Shown one piece after another: positions 16,730 through 27,093 of a stretch of 59,708 nucleotides of DNA. Numbering within the stretch: position 1 is the first letter of the stretch; every line of letters begins with the position of its first letter. The translations under genes and the position numbers were made by a program. The DNA comes from a virus (taxonomy: Duplodnaviria > Caudoviricetes): positions 1 through 59,708 of IMG/VR virus record IMGVR_UViG_3300017589_000117; one strand, written 5' to 3'. Below the pieces are notes generated by a model. That model searched no databases and was not told the DNA's origin. It worked only from the letters and a program-made list of their open reading frames with translations.

Positions 16730-18445
16730 TATTATTTCAGATATTCTTTTATTATTTTTTACAACAGTTATTGTTGAGTCATAAGGTATTTCTACATTAG
16801 GTTTATGAGATATAATAAACATGCTGTCAATTTCTGATGATACATTTGAGAACATGTTAGTCACAACAGTCACGCCATCTTCATCGAGATTATCATAGAT
16901 CTCATCCATTATCAAAAGATTAGAAGTTGATCCTGCAATGTTAATTGATAGATCTCTCTGAGCAAGAACTAACGCAAGGTCAACCTTTCTCTTCTCTCCA
17001 CCAGAAAGAGTTCCATAGTTCTGATCATTTAAGAATATTTCTAACTTTGAAGAGTCAACAGCAAGACTTATGACATCGTCTTCATTAGAGAACAACGCAT
17101 TTGAGTAAGACACCAATTTAGAATTCATGAACAATACAATGTTCTGTAATAGATATCCTCTGAATTGCTTTGTTATTAAACTAACGCAGTTCTGAGCGAC
17201 TTCTGATTTAATCTCTTTCGCAGAACTATCCGTTTTAAGTACTGATACCTCATTATTAAGAACTGAGATCTTGTCTGGATATTCATTTATAACTTGATTA
17301 TCCTCATCTGTTGTTTTATAATAATTTAACCTGTTAATTACAACACTGAGGTCATTTATCTTAGACTTAAGATTATATATCTTATCGTTCATTGTATCTA
17401 ACATATCTTGATGTTTCTTTAATTCACTGGAATATGCTATCACACTGGAATCAATTATTTCATTTCTATCTTTCAGCTTGTCAATACATTCTTTGGAACT
17501 CTCAAGTAATGTTTTTGAGTCTTCAAGTTCTTGACCACAAGTTGGACATTTATTATTAGAGATCTTTAACATGTCATTTTCTTTGTAAGACATCTGAGAA
17601 ATGTTATTATTCTTCTCTGACTTTAAGTTATTCATCTTACCATTAATAACAGAAATATTACTATGGCACTCCCATGTTTTAGCATCAAGAGTTGCTAATA
17701 GCTTATTAAGGCTATCCATCTTACTTGTAAGAACACCAAGATCTTCAAAGTTCTCAGTCTCTTTATTCTTCTTGTCTAATTTCTCTTTTAAAGAATCATA
17801 GCTATTGGTAAGACTATCAATCGTACCACTCTTGTATGAGATTAATTCAAGAATTTTATGATACTCAGCTGAAAAATCATTCTTAATCTTGCTAACTGAT
17901 TCTTTGAACTCTTCAATTTGTTCAGCGTTCTCAGTTAAGATCTCAATTCTCTCTTTTCTTCCAGACGGTTGTAATGAACTTATTCTACTACTGAAACCTT
18001 GGCTTAAGAATATTGTTGATAAGAATATTTCCTGACTCATCTTAAGAATATCATTTCTAATAATCTTATCTGTATCAGTTTTGTTTCTTCCTGAAATATC
18101 TTCTTCGTCCTTGTAAAGAATTAGACCTGTTTTAAATTTGGAATGTGAACAAGACCTTATTATTGTGTAGTTCTGACCATCAACCATAAATTTAACTTTA
18201 ACATAACATCCATTGTTAAAATACTTATTACTTGGATCAGCAGTTCCAGATGAGGTCTTACCATAGATACACCACAAGATTGATTCAAAGATAGATGACT
18301 TACCAGACCCATTGGATGTAGCATTCATCTCATAATTATTTATCCCTTTTATTAGGACAACCCCTCTATTTGAGAGATTAATAACTGACTTTTCTCCAAT
18401 GGATTGAAAGCCATAAATTTCTACTTCATTAAATTTAAGATACAT
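16715..18445 (-). CDS. sbcC: SbcC/Rad50 (gp46-like) recombination ATPase
   Basis: NGSGKSS Walker A, CPTC zinc hook, LSGGE signature, MDE Walker B, ISH. Confidence 0.93.
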   Translation of the reverse strand: MYLKFNEVEIYGFQSIGEKSVINLSNRGVVLIKGINNYEMNATSNGSGKSSIFESILWCIYGKTSSGTADPSNKYFNNGCYVKVKFMVDGQNYTIIRSCSHSKFKTGLILYKDEEDISGRNKTDTDKIIRNDILKMSQEIFLSTIFLSQGFSSRISSLQPSGRKERIEILTENAEQIEEFKESVSKIKNDFSAEYHKILELISYKSGTIDSLTNSYDSLKEKLDKKNKETENFEDLGVLTSKMDSLNKLLATLDAKTWECHSNISVINGKMNNLKSEKNNNISQMSYKENDMLKISNNKCPTCGQELEDSKTLLESSKECIDKLKDRNEIIDSSVIAYSSELKKHQDMLDTMNDKIYNLKSKINDLSVVINRLNYYKTTDEDNQVINEYPDKISVLNNEVSVLKTDSSAKEIKSEVAQNCVSLITKQFRGYLLQNIVLFMNSKLVSYSNALFSNEDDVISLAVDSSKLEIFLNDQNYGTLSGGEKRKVDLALVLAQRDLSINIAGSTSNLLIMDEIYDNLDEDGVTVVTNMFSNVSSEIDSMFIISHKPNVEIPYDSTITVVKNNKRISEIIDVFK

Positions 18446-19490
18446 CTTCTAACACCTCTAACAGTTCTAGATACTCTTCTAATGGATAGCTAAGAGTTTC
18501 ACAAGATTTTAAGTATTTTATAAACTCTTCTTTAATGTTAAAGTTACTTACAAGATTAACATCTGCACTCTTTATGCTATTAGAGTTTTCAATATCTGAG
18601 ATTATCCTGCTTGCAACAATATAATCATGACTGTTTATTATGTCTTTAACATTATCTCTCAGATGATAAGGTGCTGTAACTCTTATTGCATATTTGTATC
18701 CTTTGTCAAGATCTTGAAGTCCTGTTAAAAGTTCTTGTAATGACTTAATCCTTAGTCTCCTGAAGAGTATTGCATGTGGATTATTAATCCTCTTTATTTC
18801 AAGAGTTTCAGTGTCAATGATACAAATGCTTGGAGTGTAATTGTTGCTGTCATTGAATGAGACACTTGTGCAATTTCCGATATTCCAAACATCATTCTTA
18901 GAAGTGGAGATTTTCTCTGCTGTATGTAGATGTCCATTTACTGTCAGATTAAAGTACTCTGCAAGAAACTCAGGATTTACACCAGAATCCATTAAAAAAT
19001 CTGGTCTAAGATGTGACCCTTTTATATCTACATGAGAGATTAAGATAGTATTGGTTAATGAATGTAATAATGAATCAGAAACCTCATCTGCTTTCATATA
19101 TGGTAACAAAGAGATCTCTGAATTGTACACTTCTGGATTGTTATAGACTTTTATAAATGAATAATTACTTAAAAAAGAGGGAGAATAGAACTCCCTTTTT
19201 GAATCAAGAACATCATGATTACCAATTATATGGATCTCTTCTGTTCCTTTAGAATAAGACAAAGCTTCTGTTATTGCTGTTATCTCTTCTGCTCTAAGAG
19301 TGTGACTATCAAATAAGTCACCAGCATTTATTATTAGTTCAACGCCATTACTTTCAAATTCATTGTACATCCATTTGAAAGTATCCACAACCATTCCAAG
19401 TCTTGTTGTATATTTATTGCCATCAATATATGTTGGAAGAATGCTTGTGTTATAACAGGCATGAACATCAGAATAGATGCCAAGTTTCAT
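18435..19490 (-). CDS. sbcD: SbcD/Mre11 (gp47-like) nuclease
   Basis: SDVH, GDLFD, GNHD and GHLH metallophosphoesterase motifs. Confidence 0.92.
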   Translation of the reverse strand: MKLGIYSDVHACYNTSILPTYIDGNKYTTRLGMVVDTFKWMYNEFESNGVELIINAGDLFDSHTLRAEEITAITEALSYSKGTEEIHIIGNHDVLDSKREFYSPSFLSNYSFIKVYNNPEVYNSEISLLPYMKADEVSDSLLHSLTNTILISHVDIKGSHLRPDFLMDSGVNPEFLAEYFNLTVNGHLHTAEKISTSKNDVWNIGNCTSVSFNDSNNYTPSICIIDTETLEIKRINNPHAILFRRLRIKSLQELLTGLQDLDKGYKYAIRVTAPYHLRDNVKDIINSHDYIVASRIISDIENSNSIKSADVNLVSNFNIKEEFIKYLKSCETLSYPLEEYLELLEVLEDVS

Positions 19491-19801
19491 ATATTATTCC
19501 AAGCTTCAGCAATTTGTACTTCTTCTTCAAGACTTAGATAATTTTCAATTTTATATTCTTTACTGACAACAGAATAATCTAAGATGTTGATGCCATTTTT
19601 TCTGACAACTTCAAAGATTAATGCATTATTGTCCTTAATGACTTGATGTGCAGTGTCATAATTTAGATTGTTCTGTATTTCAAGATACTTAATATCTTGA
19701 AAGAATTCATTCAACTGAAACCCTGAGGTTATTCGGAGAGCACACCTCCCTTCTCCGAATAAAGTTAGTAATCCATTTTCTCTTGTTAATTCTTCTGCCA
19801 T
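19487..19801 (-). CDS. hypothetical protein
   Basis: ORF coupled to both neighbours. Confidence 0.6.
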   Translation of the reverse strand: MAEELTRENGLLTLFGEGRCALRITSGFQLNEFFQDIKYLEIQNNLNYDTAHQVIKDNNALIFEVVRKNGINILDYSVVSKEYKIENYLSLEEEVQIAEAWNNI

Positions 19802-20382
19802 TATTTTACACCATCTTCCAAGTATAATGCACTCCAGTAATCTGCTTGTTGAAGAAGCGTTAACAGCTTATTCTTTTTAAAGCTTGACTTGTTTCCATTC
19901 CAAGGCTCATTGTGATAAGCAATTGCACACCATTCTTGTTCTGTAAGCTTTAGGTGTTTCTGGATCAAGTATAGAGATCTTGTCTCATGTTCCATAAAAA
20001 CAATTTGATCATTGTAAAGGTAAGGTGGTGTTGCAGTATATCCATATTGTTTCTGCTTATCAGTTGGCTCTTTAACAATGTATTGCTCTTGACCTTCAAC
20101 TCCTGCTTTACCTGCATCATGTAATAATCCGACAATTACACAAGAAGCATTAGAAATCTCAGGAGCACTTATTTTCTTGAGCTTTAATAACTGTTGTGTT
20201 ACTGAACAGGAATGAAATAATAATCCTCCTGGTACTGATAGATGGTACTTACTGCTTGCTGGTGAAGATAGGTAAGCAGTCTTCTGTTCCAGGAATGTCA
20301 TTAGGTTACCAAAATCTTCTTTTCTTTCATCATCAACAATAGATTTTAAATTGATGTAAACGTCACTTAGTTGTTGTTCCAT
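19801..20382 (-). CDS. HD-domain phosphohydrolase
   Basis: PASSKYH...GGLLFHS, LLHDAGK, AIAYH, QQAD. Confidence 0.88.
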   Translation of the reverse strand: MEQQLSDVYINLKSIVDDERKEDFGNLMTFLEQKTAYLSSPASSKYHLSVPGGLLFHSCSVTQQLLKLKKISAPEISNASCVIVGLLHDAGKAGVEGQEQYIVKEPTDKQKQYGYTATPPYLYNDQIVFMEHETRSLYLIQKHLKLTEQEWCAIAYHNEPWNGNKSSFKKNKLLTLLQQADYWSALYLEDGVK

Positions 20383-20403
20383 ATAATTAAACCTCCATTT
20401 AAT

Positions 20404-20541
20404 TTAATAATTTGCACTCATGAATTCTTTAAGAACCTCTACAGCTCTTTTAAGACCGTTAATATAACTTGGGAAAGAAGGGTATAAGATTGTATTTAAC
20501 AAGGCTATTTCGTTCTCCAGACTGTCGATGGCTCTCTGCAT
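20404..20541 (-). CDS. small hypothetical protein (45 aa)
   Basis: Not in ORF track; shares YINGLxRxxxxxKE with 20544..20729. Confidence 0.5.
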   Translation of the reverse strand: MQRAIDSLENEIALLNTILYPSFPSYINGLKRAVEVLKEFMSANY

Positions 20542-20543
20542 AA

Positions 20544-20729
20544 CTACTTTTTCTCTGAGTTCCATAATACTCTTATATTAATCCCCTCTTTAGAATTATT
20601 CCATTCCTTAATTATATCTAATGATCTTTCAAGACCATTAATATATCCAATATCACCATCATCAATAGCAGAGACTAAAGAGATCTCATACTTTATCAGA
20701 TTAATTAACTCTTCTACATCTTGTTCCAT
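20544..20729 (-). CDS. small hypothetical protein
   Basis: RBS GGAGG; YINGLERSLDIIKE. Confidence 0.6.
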   Translation of the reverse strand: MEQDVEELINLIKYEISLVSAIDDGDIGYINGLERSLDIIKEWNNSKEGINIRVLWNSEKK

Positions 20730-20731
20730 TT

Positions 20732-20995
20732 TTAGTCCTCCAACCCAATTAATTTTTCATAAGCTTGAGATCTTAGTTCATCGACTTTCCTATCATCTTC
20801 ATAGTACAAGTCACTTTCATTCCATTTATCAAAACAGGATTTACAGATGTAAGTATTCAAAACAGGTATTAAGTACCCAGAATTAATTGTAGAATTACAA
20901 CAGTCGCATCTGTTCCCAGATAATATCTTCTCTGCAATTTCACCATATTCTGCATAGTAAGCACTGTAGCCACTTAGAGTTTCAACTTTTTTCAT
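20732..20995 (-). CDS. small zinc-binding protein
   Basis: CDCC...CKSC; start moved to the ATG after GGAGGTG. Confidence 0.65.
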   Translation of the reverse strand: MKKVETLSGYSAYYAEYGEIAEKILSGNRCDCCNSTINSGYLIPVLNTYICKSCFDKWNESDLYYEDDRKVDELRSQAYEKLIGLED

Positions 20996-21004
20996 AACAC
21001 ACCT

Positions 21005-21043
21005 CCAATACAAGTAACAACGTCTGTAAATATCTAAAACATC
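21005..21043 (-). promoter_or_regulatory. phage promoter motif
   Basis: GATGTTT-N14-CGTTGTTACTTGTATT. Confidence 0.7.
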
Positions 21044-24000
21044 TACTTTGTCAGAATATTATATTTCTGTTTTACTTTATATCGGTTACTTCCCATGTGC
21101 ATTGAAATTGATGCTTTTACTGGCAAGAATGCTTTTGCGAATGGGACATAAACTTCTTTTGGTTTACCACCATCAAACTCAGGATCAAGTTCAACAGATT
21201 TATAAACTGTTCTCCAGTTCTCAACAAGCTCCTCGATATCATCTAAGAATCCAACAAGAACTATTTCATTATTGGTATAGTTATTAGTTGACACAAGATG
21301 CTCAACTTCTATTTCTTGACCCATTGACATTCCAATAGGAACATCACAAGCAACAGGAACACCAAACTCCTGTAATGGGAATTCATTGAAAAGCCAAATT
21401 ATCTTCTCAATTAGCTGGAAAGTTTCATCTGGATGAAAGTCTATTTCAATACTATCATGAATGAAACAAAATGGTTTTGACTTCATCTTATTTATATGAA
21501 TGTACTCACATAATTTGTACATTATGACTCCAGCAATATCCTCTGAACTTCCTTGAATCGGATAGTTCTGAGCTTTTCTCAGCATTGCATTATGATCTAT
21601 CATTGGATTGTCTAAGATCATATATCTTTGAGTTAATGTTGTTACTTTGTTAAACTTGATATACTGATTCTGAGCCTTGTCAATGTACTCTTTTATTCTT
21701 GGGAATCCATTATACATACCACCAAAGATTTCTTTAGCTTTAACCATATCTCCATTTAGGTATGAATCAGCAAATGCTTTCTCGGACTCTCCGTAGATCA
21801 TACCAAAAACTGCATTCTTAGCTAAACCACGTTGCCAGTCTAGTACTTCATCATATTCTACATCATAAATTAGATGAGCGAAATACCTATGGATATCAAG
21901 CTTATCTTTAAAAGCTTGTAATAGATTTTCATCCTTACACTCTGCAGCAAGAGTTCTAACTTCCATTTGACTACCATCAGGACATCCGATACATCCTCCT
22001 GGAAATCTTGATGAGAAGATTCTTTTAACAGCATCTCCAGCAGGAAGATTATGAATTCCTGATTTCCATCTTCCTGAGTCAGCAAGGTTAATAGCAAACG
22101 TTTGTTGCATCAGCATACACTTACCAGTATTGTCAAGATTAGAATCATACTTCTGTAATCTCTTTGTTAATGGATCTCCATTCTGGTAAGACTCTCTATC
22201 AACATAATAGACATTACTTCTTCCAACCTTACCATTTACATACGTTGACAACAATTTAGAGAACTTCTTGAACATCTTATAATTAAATAACCATTCAAAT
22301 TCTTTATTCCAAGTCTTACTGTCTTCTACATCATTTCCACAGATAAGATAAAGTTCATAGACCTCATTCATTGTACCTGAGTCTAATGATGATAACTCAT
22401 ATTTCAGAGCATTATTAATTGTTTTCTTTATTGGTCTTGAGACGAACGCAATTCCATCTTTACCCATGTATTTCATGAATAACTTAAATTTCTGATAGCT
22501 TGGTGTTTCATTGTTAACTCTTAATTTATCAATCAACATAAAGAGTCTTTCATCTTCTCCTGAGTATCTTGTAATATCATGAGTCGGAGTCTCAACTTCT
22601 TTAATTAAGTCAGCATAAATCTTTGCATATCTTATTTCTGTTGTTATTAATAATCCTGAAATAAAATTACGATACTCAACATTCGTTGAATTTGGGTTAA
22701 ACAGAGATTTATATTCTGCTACATTATGCTCTTCTTCCCGATACTCTCTGATATATTTTGTAAACCACTCATCTTCCAGATTAGCATTTACATCCAGAAA
22801 TTCTTTTGCAAGGGTTTCAATATTACCATTTTTGAGTTTACAGATATTTGTTGTAGCATTTACCTCAAGACTCATTTTTGATAATTTTTCTCTTGCTTGA
22901 GCACTTTTAACTTCTACATCCATCGTATTCTTGAACATCTTCTTTGGAACAATGTCCTTACCAAGAATCTCAGAGATATAATTATTCTTTAAAAACTGCA
23001 AGAACTGTTCTCTCAATTTAAGTTTAAGGTAGTCATTTGTTAATGGTGAGATTACCATGTTCTTAAGACTGTTAAGCATTCCTTCTTCACACCAGTTCTC
23101 AACTATTGTAGCTCTCTTGTCATTCCAATGAGCACCATTCATTTCAAGATCAATACCTGCTCTATGATGCATCATCCAGTACTTGTAACCAATATTAAGA
23201 TCAATATCAAGAATTTCATTCTCTCTGACCATCCACTCACGATAGAAATCTCTTAATTCAAATAAGATAGAAGAGTCAGTACTACCATATCTGCTGATAA
23301 GTTCTAAAGGGACATTACCATATGAGATGACTTTGACTTTCTTTTCAGACTTCAATTTAATACTAAGATGTTCTATTAATTGAATAATATTTATTAGTCC
23401 TGTACCTGAATAATATTTTGACATTAGGATATTCATTTCACTAACATTGTTGTTGTAATCTGAAAGATATTTGAAGTAGTTGTCAAGGTCTTCAGACCAG
23501 TCAAAATAATTTAGATTCATTACACATTGTGCTTTTAATCCGCCATTACCTTGATAAACATCAGCATTACCCATCATAAGCTTAACCAGGACAAAAATGT
23601 CATCAACTCTATCCATCTTAGCTTTTAGATAATTAAGTGAAGCAGGAACCTCATATTGACAGTTATAAACTGTTATATTCTTAGTTTCCAGAATATCCTT
23701 TAATCTTGTTATTACTTTATTAACGTCAGCAATATTCATCTCGAAGTCTAATGAAGTTAAAGCACAGTAACACCCAACCTCTTTACGTGATGACAAAGAG
23801 AATCCAACTAATTCAAAATCTACATTATGAACTTCCAGAGCATTTGACTCAACATCATATGTTATGTCATCAAATGGATCTATCTCAGTTTTACAGAAAT
23901 TATCAAAGTCTTCATAAGTAAGACATTTGACAGTCTTACTCTTATTATCTTTAGATCTTTCTGGAATGAATTCAGCATCTGAACAAATGCTAATTGCTAA

Positions 24001-24519
24001 TTTTATGTCATTTATAAAATCATTCTTTATTGTATCATTACTTACTTGTCTTAATAGATAAGATGGGTGAAATGATGAAACAATGTAGTATTCTCCGAAC
24101 TTAAAAACCTTGCCACGGTTCTTAGTAATTCCCCCAGTTGCTTCTGGCACCAGACTTTTTAATGCTGTTGCACCCAATGGAAATATTACTTTTGGCTTAG
24201 TTCCTTTAATATCCTTTAATGTTGAAATAATGCAATTATCAATTTCTTCATCAGTAGGAGTTCTAAACGTCATGTCTTCTTCGGAAGTTTGAGGATAGCA
24301 TTTAACCATATTATTAAATCTGCTATTATTCTCATTTATTCCGAGACTCTCTATTAAACTCCTGAAGTATTGTCCAGCTTTACCAGAAAATGGTTTCCCA
24401 GTAACCTTCTCTTCATAACCAGAAGCTTCTCCAATAAAATATATCATTGGTGACTCTGATCCAACAGGTTCACATTGTTTTTGAGTATATTTATGTATCT
24501 CACATTTTGAACAGATCAA
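21043..24519 (-). CDS. polA: family A DNA polymerase with N-terminal family-4 UDG-like domain and 3'-5' exonuclease
   Basis: N-terminal Cys cluster, GEASG and FHPSY (UDG); YDVES (ExoI); motif A DGSQMEVR, motif B RGLAKNAVFGMIYG, motif C IHDS. Confidence 0.93.
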   Translation of the reverse strand: MICSKCEIHKYTQKQCEPVGSESPMIYFIGEASGYEEKVTGKPFSGKAGQYFRSLIESLGINENNSRFNNMVKCYPQTSEEDMTFRTPTDEEIDNCIISTLKDIKGTKPKVIFPLGATALKSLVPEATGGITKNRGKVFKFGEYYIVSSFHPSYLLRQVSNDTIKNDFINDIKLAISICSDAEFIPERSKDNKSKTVKCLTYEDFDNFCKTEIDPFDDITYDVESNALEVHNVDFELVGFSLSSRKEVGCYCALTSLDFEMNIADVNKVITRLKDILETKNITVYNCQYEVPASLNYLKAKMDRVDDIFVLVKLMMGNADVYQGNGGLKAQCVMNLNYFDWSEDLDNYFKYLSDYNNNVSEMNILMSKYYSGTGLINIIQLIEHLSIKLKSEKKVKVISYGNVPLELISRYGSTDSSILFELRDFYREWMVRENEILDIDLNIGYKYWMMHHRAGIDLEMNGAHWNDKRATIVENWCEEGMLNSLKNMVISPLTNDYLKLKLREQFLQFLKNNYISEILGKDIVPKKMFKNTMDVEVKSAQAREKLSKMSLEVNATTNICKLKNGNIETLAKEFLDVNANLEDEWFTKYIREYREEEHNVAEYKSLFNPNSTNVEYRNFISGLLITTEIRYAKIYADLIKEVETPTHDITRYSGEDERLFMLIDKLRVNNETPSYQKFKLFMKYMGKDGIAFVSRPIKKTINNALKYELSSLDSGTMNEVYELYLICGNDVEDSKTWNKEFEWLFNYKMFKKFSKLLSTYVNGKVGRSNVYYVDRESYQNGDPLTKRLQKYDSNLDNTGKCMLMQQTFAINLADSGRWKSGIHNLPAGDAVKRIFSSRFPGGCIGCPDGSQMEVRTLAAECKDENLLQAFKDKLDIHRYFAHLIYDVEYDEVLDWQRGLAKNAVFGMIYGESEKAFADSYLNGDMVKAKEIFGGMYNGFPRIKEYIDKAQNQYIKFNKVTTLTQRYMILDNPMIDHNAMLRKAQNYPIQGSSEDIAGVIMYKLCEYIHINKMKSKPFCFIHDSIEIDFHPDETFQLIEKIIWLFNEFPLQEFGVPVACDVPIGMSMGQEIEVEHLVSTNNYTNNEIVLVGFLDDIEELVENWRTVYKSVELDPEFDGGKPKEVYVPFAKAFLPVKASISMHMGSNRYKVKQKYNILTK

Positions 24520-24534
24520 AAATAAACACCAACC

Positions 24535-24573
24535 TTTCTACAACTTACAACGTTTATTATAGACTTAAACATC
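24535..24573 (-). promoter_or_regulatory. phage promoter motif (variant)
   Basis: GATGTTT-N14-CGTTGTAAGTTGTAG directly upstream of polA. Confidence 0.7.
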
Positions 24574-25029
24574 TTATTTTAAATAATCGCTTTTAGATTT
24601 AAGTAGCCAGATATATCTGTCAATATTAAGCTGGATCTTATTAAGATAGTCTATAATATTATCAAGAACCATAACGTTGTCTTCAAGTCCTGGAATACTT
24701 GCATTATTAAATCTGATCTCATGTTCTATTGCAGCGGTTGATGGTCTACCATTTCTAATTAACATTGTAAACTCTGGATCTTTTATTAAATTAATCTGAG
24801 AACTTATTTTATTGCGTGTATTTTTTACAACAGTTATTACCCATGATAAATCTTCAGAGTTAGAAATTAGGTTCTGAGATTTAAAAAAGACTCCTGGACC
24901 ATCGGTCGGAGTCAGTTCATGCAAATAGCCAATAGATGATTTTATAATGTTTACTTCATCATCTGATAAATCAACAATGTCCTTTAAGAACAGAGTAATG
25001 CTGGAAATCTTGTCATTAATATTTATCAT
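24574..25029 (-). CDS. hypothetical helical protein (possible UvsY-like mediator)
   Basis: Size, predicted helical character and context only. Confidence 0.4.
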   Translation of the reverse strand: MININDKISSITLFLKDIVDLSDDEVNIIKSSIGYLHELTPTDGPGVFFKSQNLISNSEDLSWVITVVKNTRNKISSQINLIKDPEFTMLIRNGRPSTAAIEHEIRFNNASIPGLEDNVMVLDNIIDYLNKIQLNIDRYIWLLKSKSDYLK

Positions 25030-26028
25030 TTAGTCCACCATCAAGCTTGAGTACTTATTTGAAACAAGAGCTATCAGATTGTCAACAGAGAACTCTTTTA
25101 TCTCAAGATTACTTAAATAAGAGACTGCTTTGAAATAATCAATATTACTCTTACAGTTATTAATTGTTGAGACGATAGAGTCAAGAATGCTCTCCGTTAC
25201 TTCAACTCTGTTAAGATCCACAAGTTCCATGTTAATACGAAATCTATCAATGTCAAAGTTTAAGAATGCTTTACGATACTTGATATCAAGATCTGTACAG
25301 AGTTCTTTCATCTCGTCCATTTCTTTTGGATAGCTCTCACTCATCATAATTGTACTCTTGAGGAGCTTTATTAGACTGTTAATGTTAGCTTTACCAACAC
25401 CTTTACAACTACCAGGAATATTATCTGATCCATCTCCAAGGACTGCTTTTGCAATAATGAAATCATCAATGTGATCATAATTGTTACTTTCGATGAAGTC
25501 ATTATAATTAATTAATTCTTTTGCCATTGGTCGTCTTACAACACAATCTGGAGTTAAGAGCTGTAACATATCTCTATCATCCGTTAAGATCATGCTCTCT
25601 TCAGATATCTTTGATAAGATATACAACAAGTCATCGCCTTCCCAGTCTCTGAATTTAAGACAAGGTATTCCAAAGTAACTAAGAAGTTCATAAATCATGT
25701 TTCTCTGAATCCTGTATTGTTCAATGTAATCATCTTTGTGTTCTTCGACTGTTAGAACTTTCTTGCTATTATCTGTTCTGATGTCATTGTGTTTATAACA
25801 TGGGTCAGCTTTCGTTCTTCTTGGTGATAGTCCATTATCCAAACAAACAATAGGAAAATAGTCCCCACAAGTTTTCAGCTCATTATTCAAAGATCTTAAG
25901 AATCCAAACACACCACCAGTTCTATCTCCATTATTATTCTTCAGCTCAAATATCTCATTGATATGTAACTGACGATGCAATAAGTACGAACCATCTATTG
26001 CCAACACTTTTTTAAATTGTTTTTCCAT
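25030..26028 (-). CDS. 5'-3' exonuclease / flap endonuclease
   Basis: IDGSY, EGDD, DRDMLQL and GDGSDNIPG..GVG motifs. Confidence 0.92.
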   Translation of the reverse strand: MEKQFKKVLAIDGSYLLHRQLHINEIFELKNNNGDRTGGVFGFLRSLNNELKTCGDYFPIVCLDNGLSPRRTKADPCYKHNDIRTDNSKKVLTVEEHKDDYIEQYRIQRNMIYELLSYFGIPCLKFRDWEGDDLLYILSKISEESMILTDDRDMLQLLTPDCVVRRPMAKELINYNDFIESNNYDHIDDFIIAKAVLGDGSDNIPGSCKGVGKANINSLIKLLKSTIMMSESYPKEMDEMKELCTDLDIKYRKAFLNFDIDRFRINMELVDLNRVEVTESILDSIVSTINNCKSNIDYFKAVSYLSNLEIKEFSVDNLIALVSNKYSSLMVD

Positions 26029-26051
26029 AATTAACCCCTTAATATTAGTTA

Positions 26052-26077
26052 GGATGCCAATAACTAAACTGGCATCC
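26052..26077. terminator. intergenic hairpin, possible terminator
   Basis: GGATGCCA/TGGCATCC stem; U tract is better on the plus strand. Confidence 0.45.
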
Positions 26078-26092
26078 CTTTATTTTGTAACT

Positions 26093-26992
26093 TTATACAG
26101 CAACTTCAACAACGTAATCAGAGAAGGAGCTAACAGCATTAGAGAAAGTAACATTCGTAAACTTATTAATTTCCCAGTTCTTAGATCTTCTTGCTGGTTC
26201 TTCGTGAGTTACCAAGTCGCTGTAAGCATTTACCAGACCCCATGCAGTTCCTTTGAAATTATTGTTGTCTTCTTCGAAATATCTTGTTACCAAGTCATCT
26301 CTTTTTGCAATGATTGAATTCATTTTTCTTTCAGACATATCGTTTGTGATCTCAAAGAAGTTTTGCATCACTTTAATACATCTGTCCTCAGGCATTTTGA
26401 TTTGGAACATCTCTTCTGCCTTCTTGTCCAGTGCTTTTGAATACTCATTGGACAGTTTTAGCGTTTGTCTTGCATTTTCAAATTTGTATTCCAGATCTCC
26501 TGAATGTCGGATTGTTACAGCATTAGCAACATTTTTGAAAACATAACTAAACTGGTTCTCACACACCATTCGAAGAGGGCTGATTGAAGTTTTGATTGAG
26601 ATTCCACCAGTATGACCATTCTGGAAAATAACATAAGGTTTAAACTTATCTCCAAGAATCTTGAACTCATTAAGTTCAGCAATAATATAAACCATTCCCC
26701 AAGCAGTTTCTCCTGCTCTTACAAAATTTACATCTGAGTCAATGTACTCAACGAAATCAAACGCTTCTTCGTTTTGACAGATTTGGTATCCGTCTCCAAC
26801 TATTCCATAAACATGATTGTCACTACTTCTAACTGTCGCATATTGGTTTTCAATTTTAGGTCTCTTGTCAACTCCGAGATAAACATTCTTTTTTGCAACT
26901 TGATAATCCAAGTTTGAAGCTTTTAACACTTCTCCGATTGTTTTATTTCCTTTTACATCCATACCAACATTATTCCAAGTAGCTGTTCTCAT
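26093..26992 (-). CDS. DUF932/DUF945-family phage protein
   Basis: YQICQNEEAFDF, NGHTG, RMVCENQ, IRHSG, GTAWGLVNAY motifs. Confidence 0.85.
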   Translation of the reverse strand: MRTATWNNVGMDVKGNKTIGEVLKASNLDYQVAKKNVYLGVDKRPKIENQYATVRSSDNHVYGIVGDGYQICQNEEAFDFVEYIDSDVNFVRAGETAWGMVYIIAELNEFKILGDKFKPYVIFQNGHTGGISIKTSISPLRMVCENQFSYVFKNVANAVTIRHSGDLEYKFENARQTLKLSNEYSKALDKKAEEMFQIKMPEDRCIKVMQNFFEITNDMSERKMNSIIAKRDDLVTRYFEEDNNNFKGTAWGLVNAYSDLVTHEEPARRSKNWEINKFTNVTFSNAVSSFSDYVVEVAV

Positions 26993-27031
26993 TTTAAATA
27001 CCTCTTCTTTAAATTATTTAAGGCTTTTAAC

Positions 27032-27070
27032 CTTACACAATTAACAACGTTGGCTTTATATAAAAACAGC
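27032..27070 (-). promoter_or_regulatory. phage promoter motif
   Basis: GCTGTTT-N14-CGTTGTTAATTGTGTAAG plus TAAGG/CCTTA hairpin. Confidence 0.8.
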
Positions 27071-27093
27071 TAAAGAAACATCATTATTTTTAT

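Noticed and set aside
22100-23400. Intein in the DNA polymerase explaining its length
   Set aside because: No C/S-start block A or HN-C/S/T block G seen
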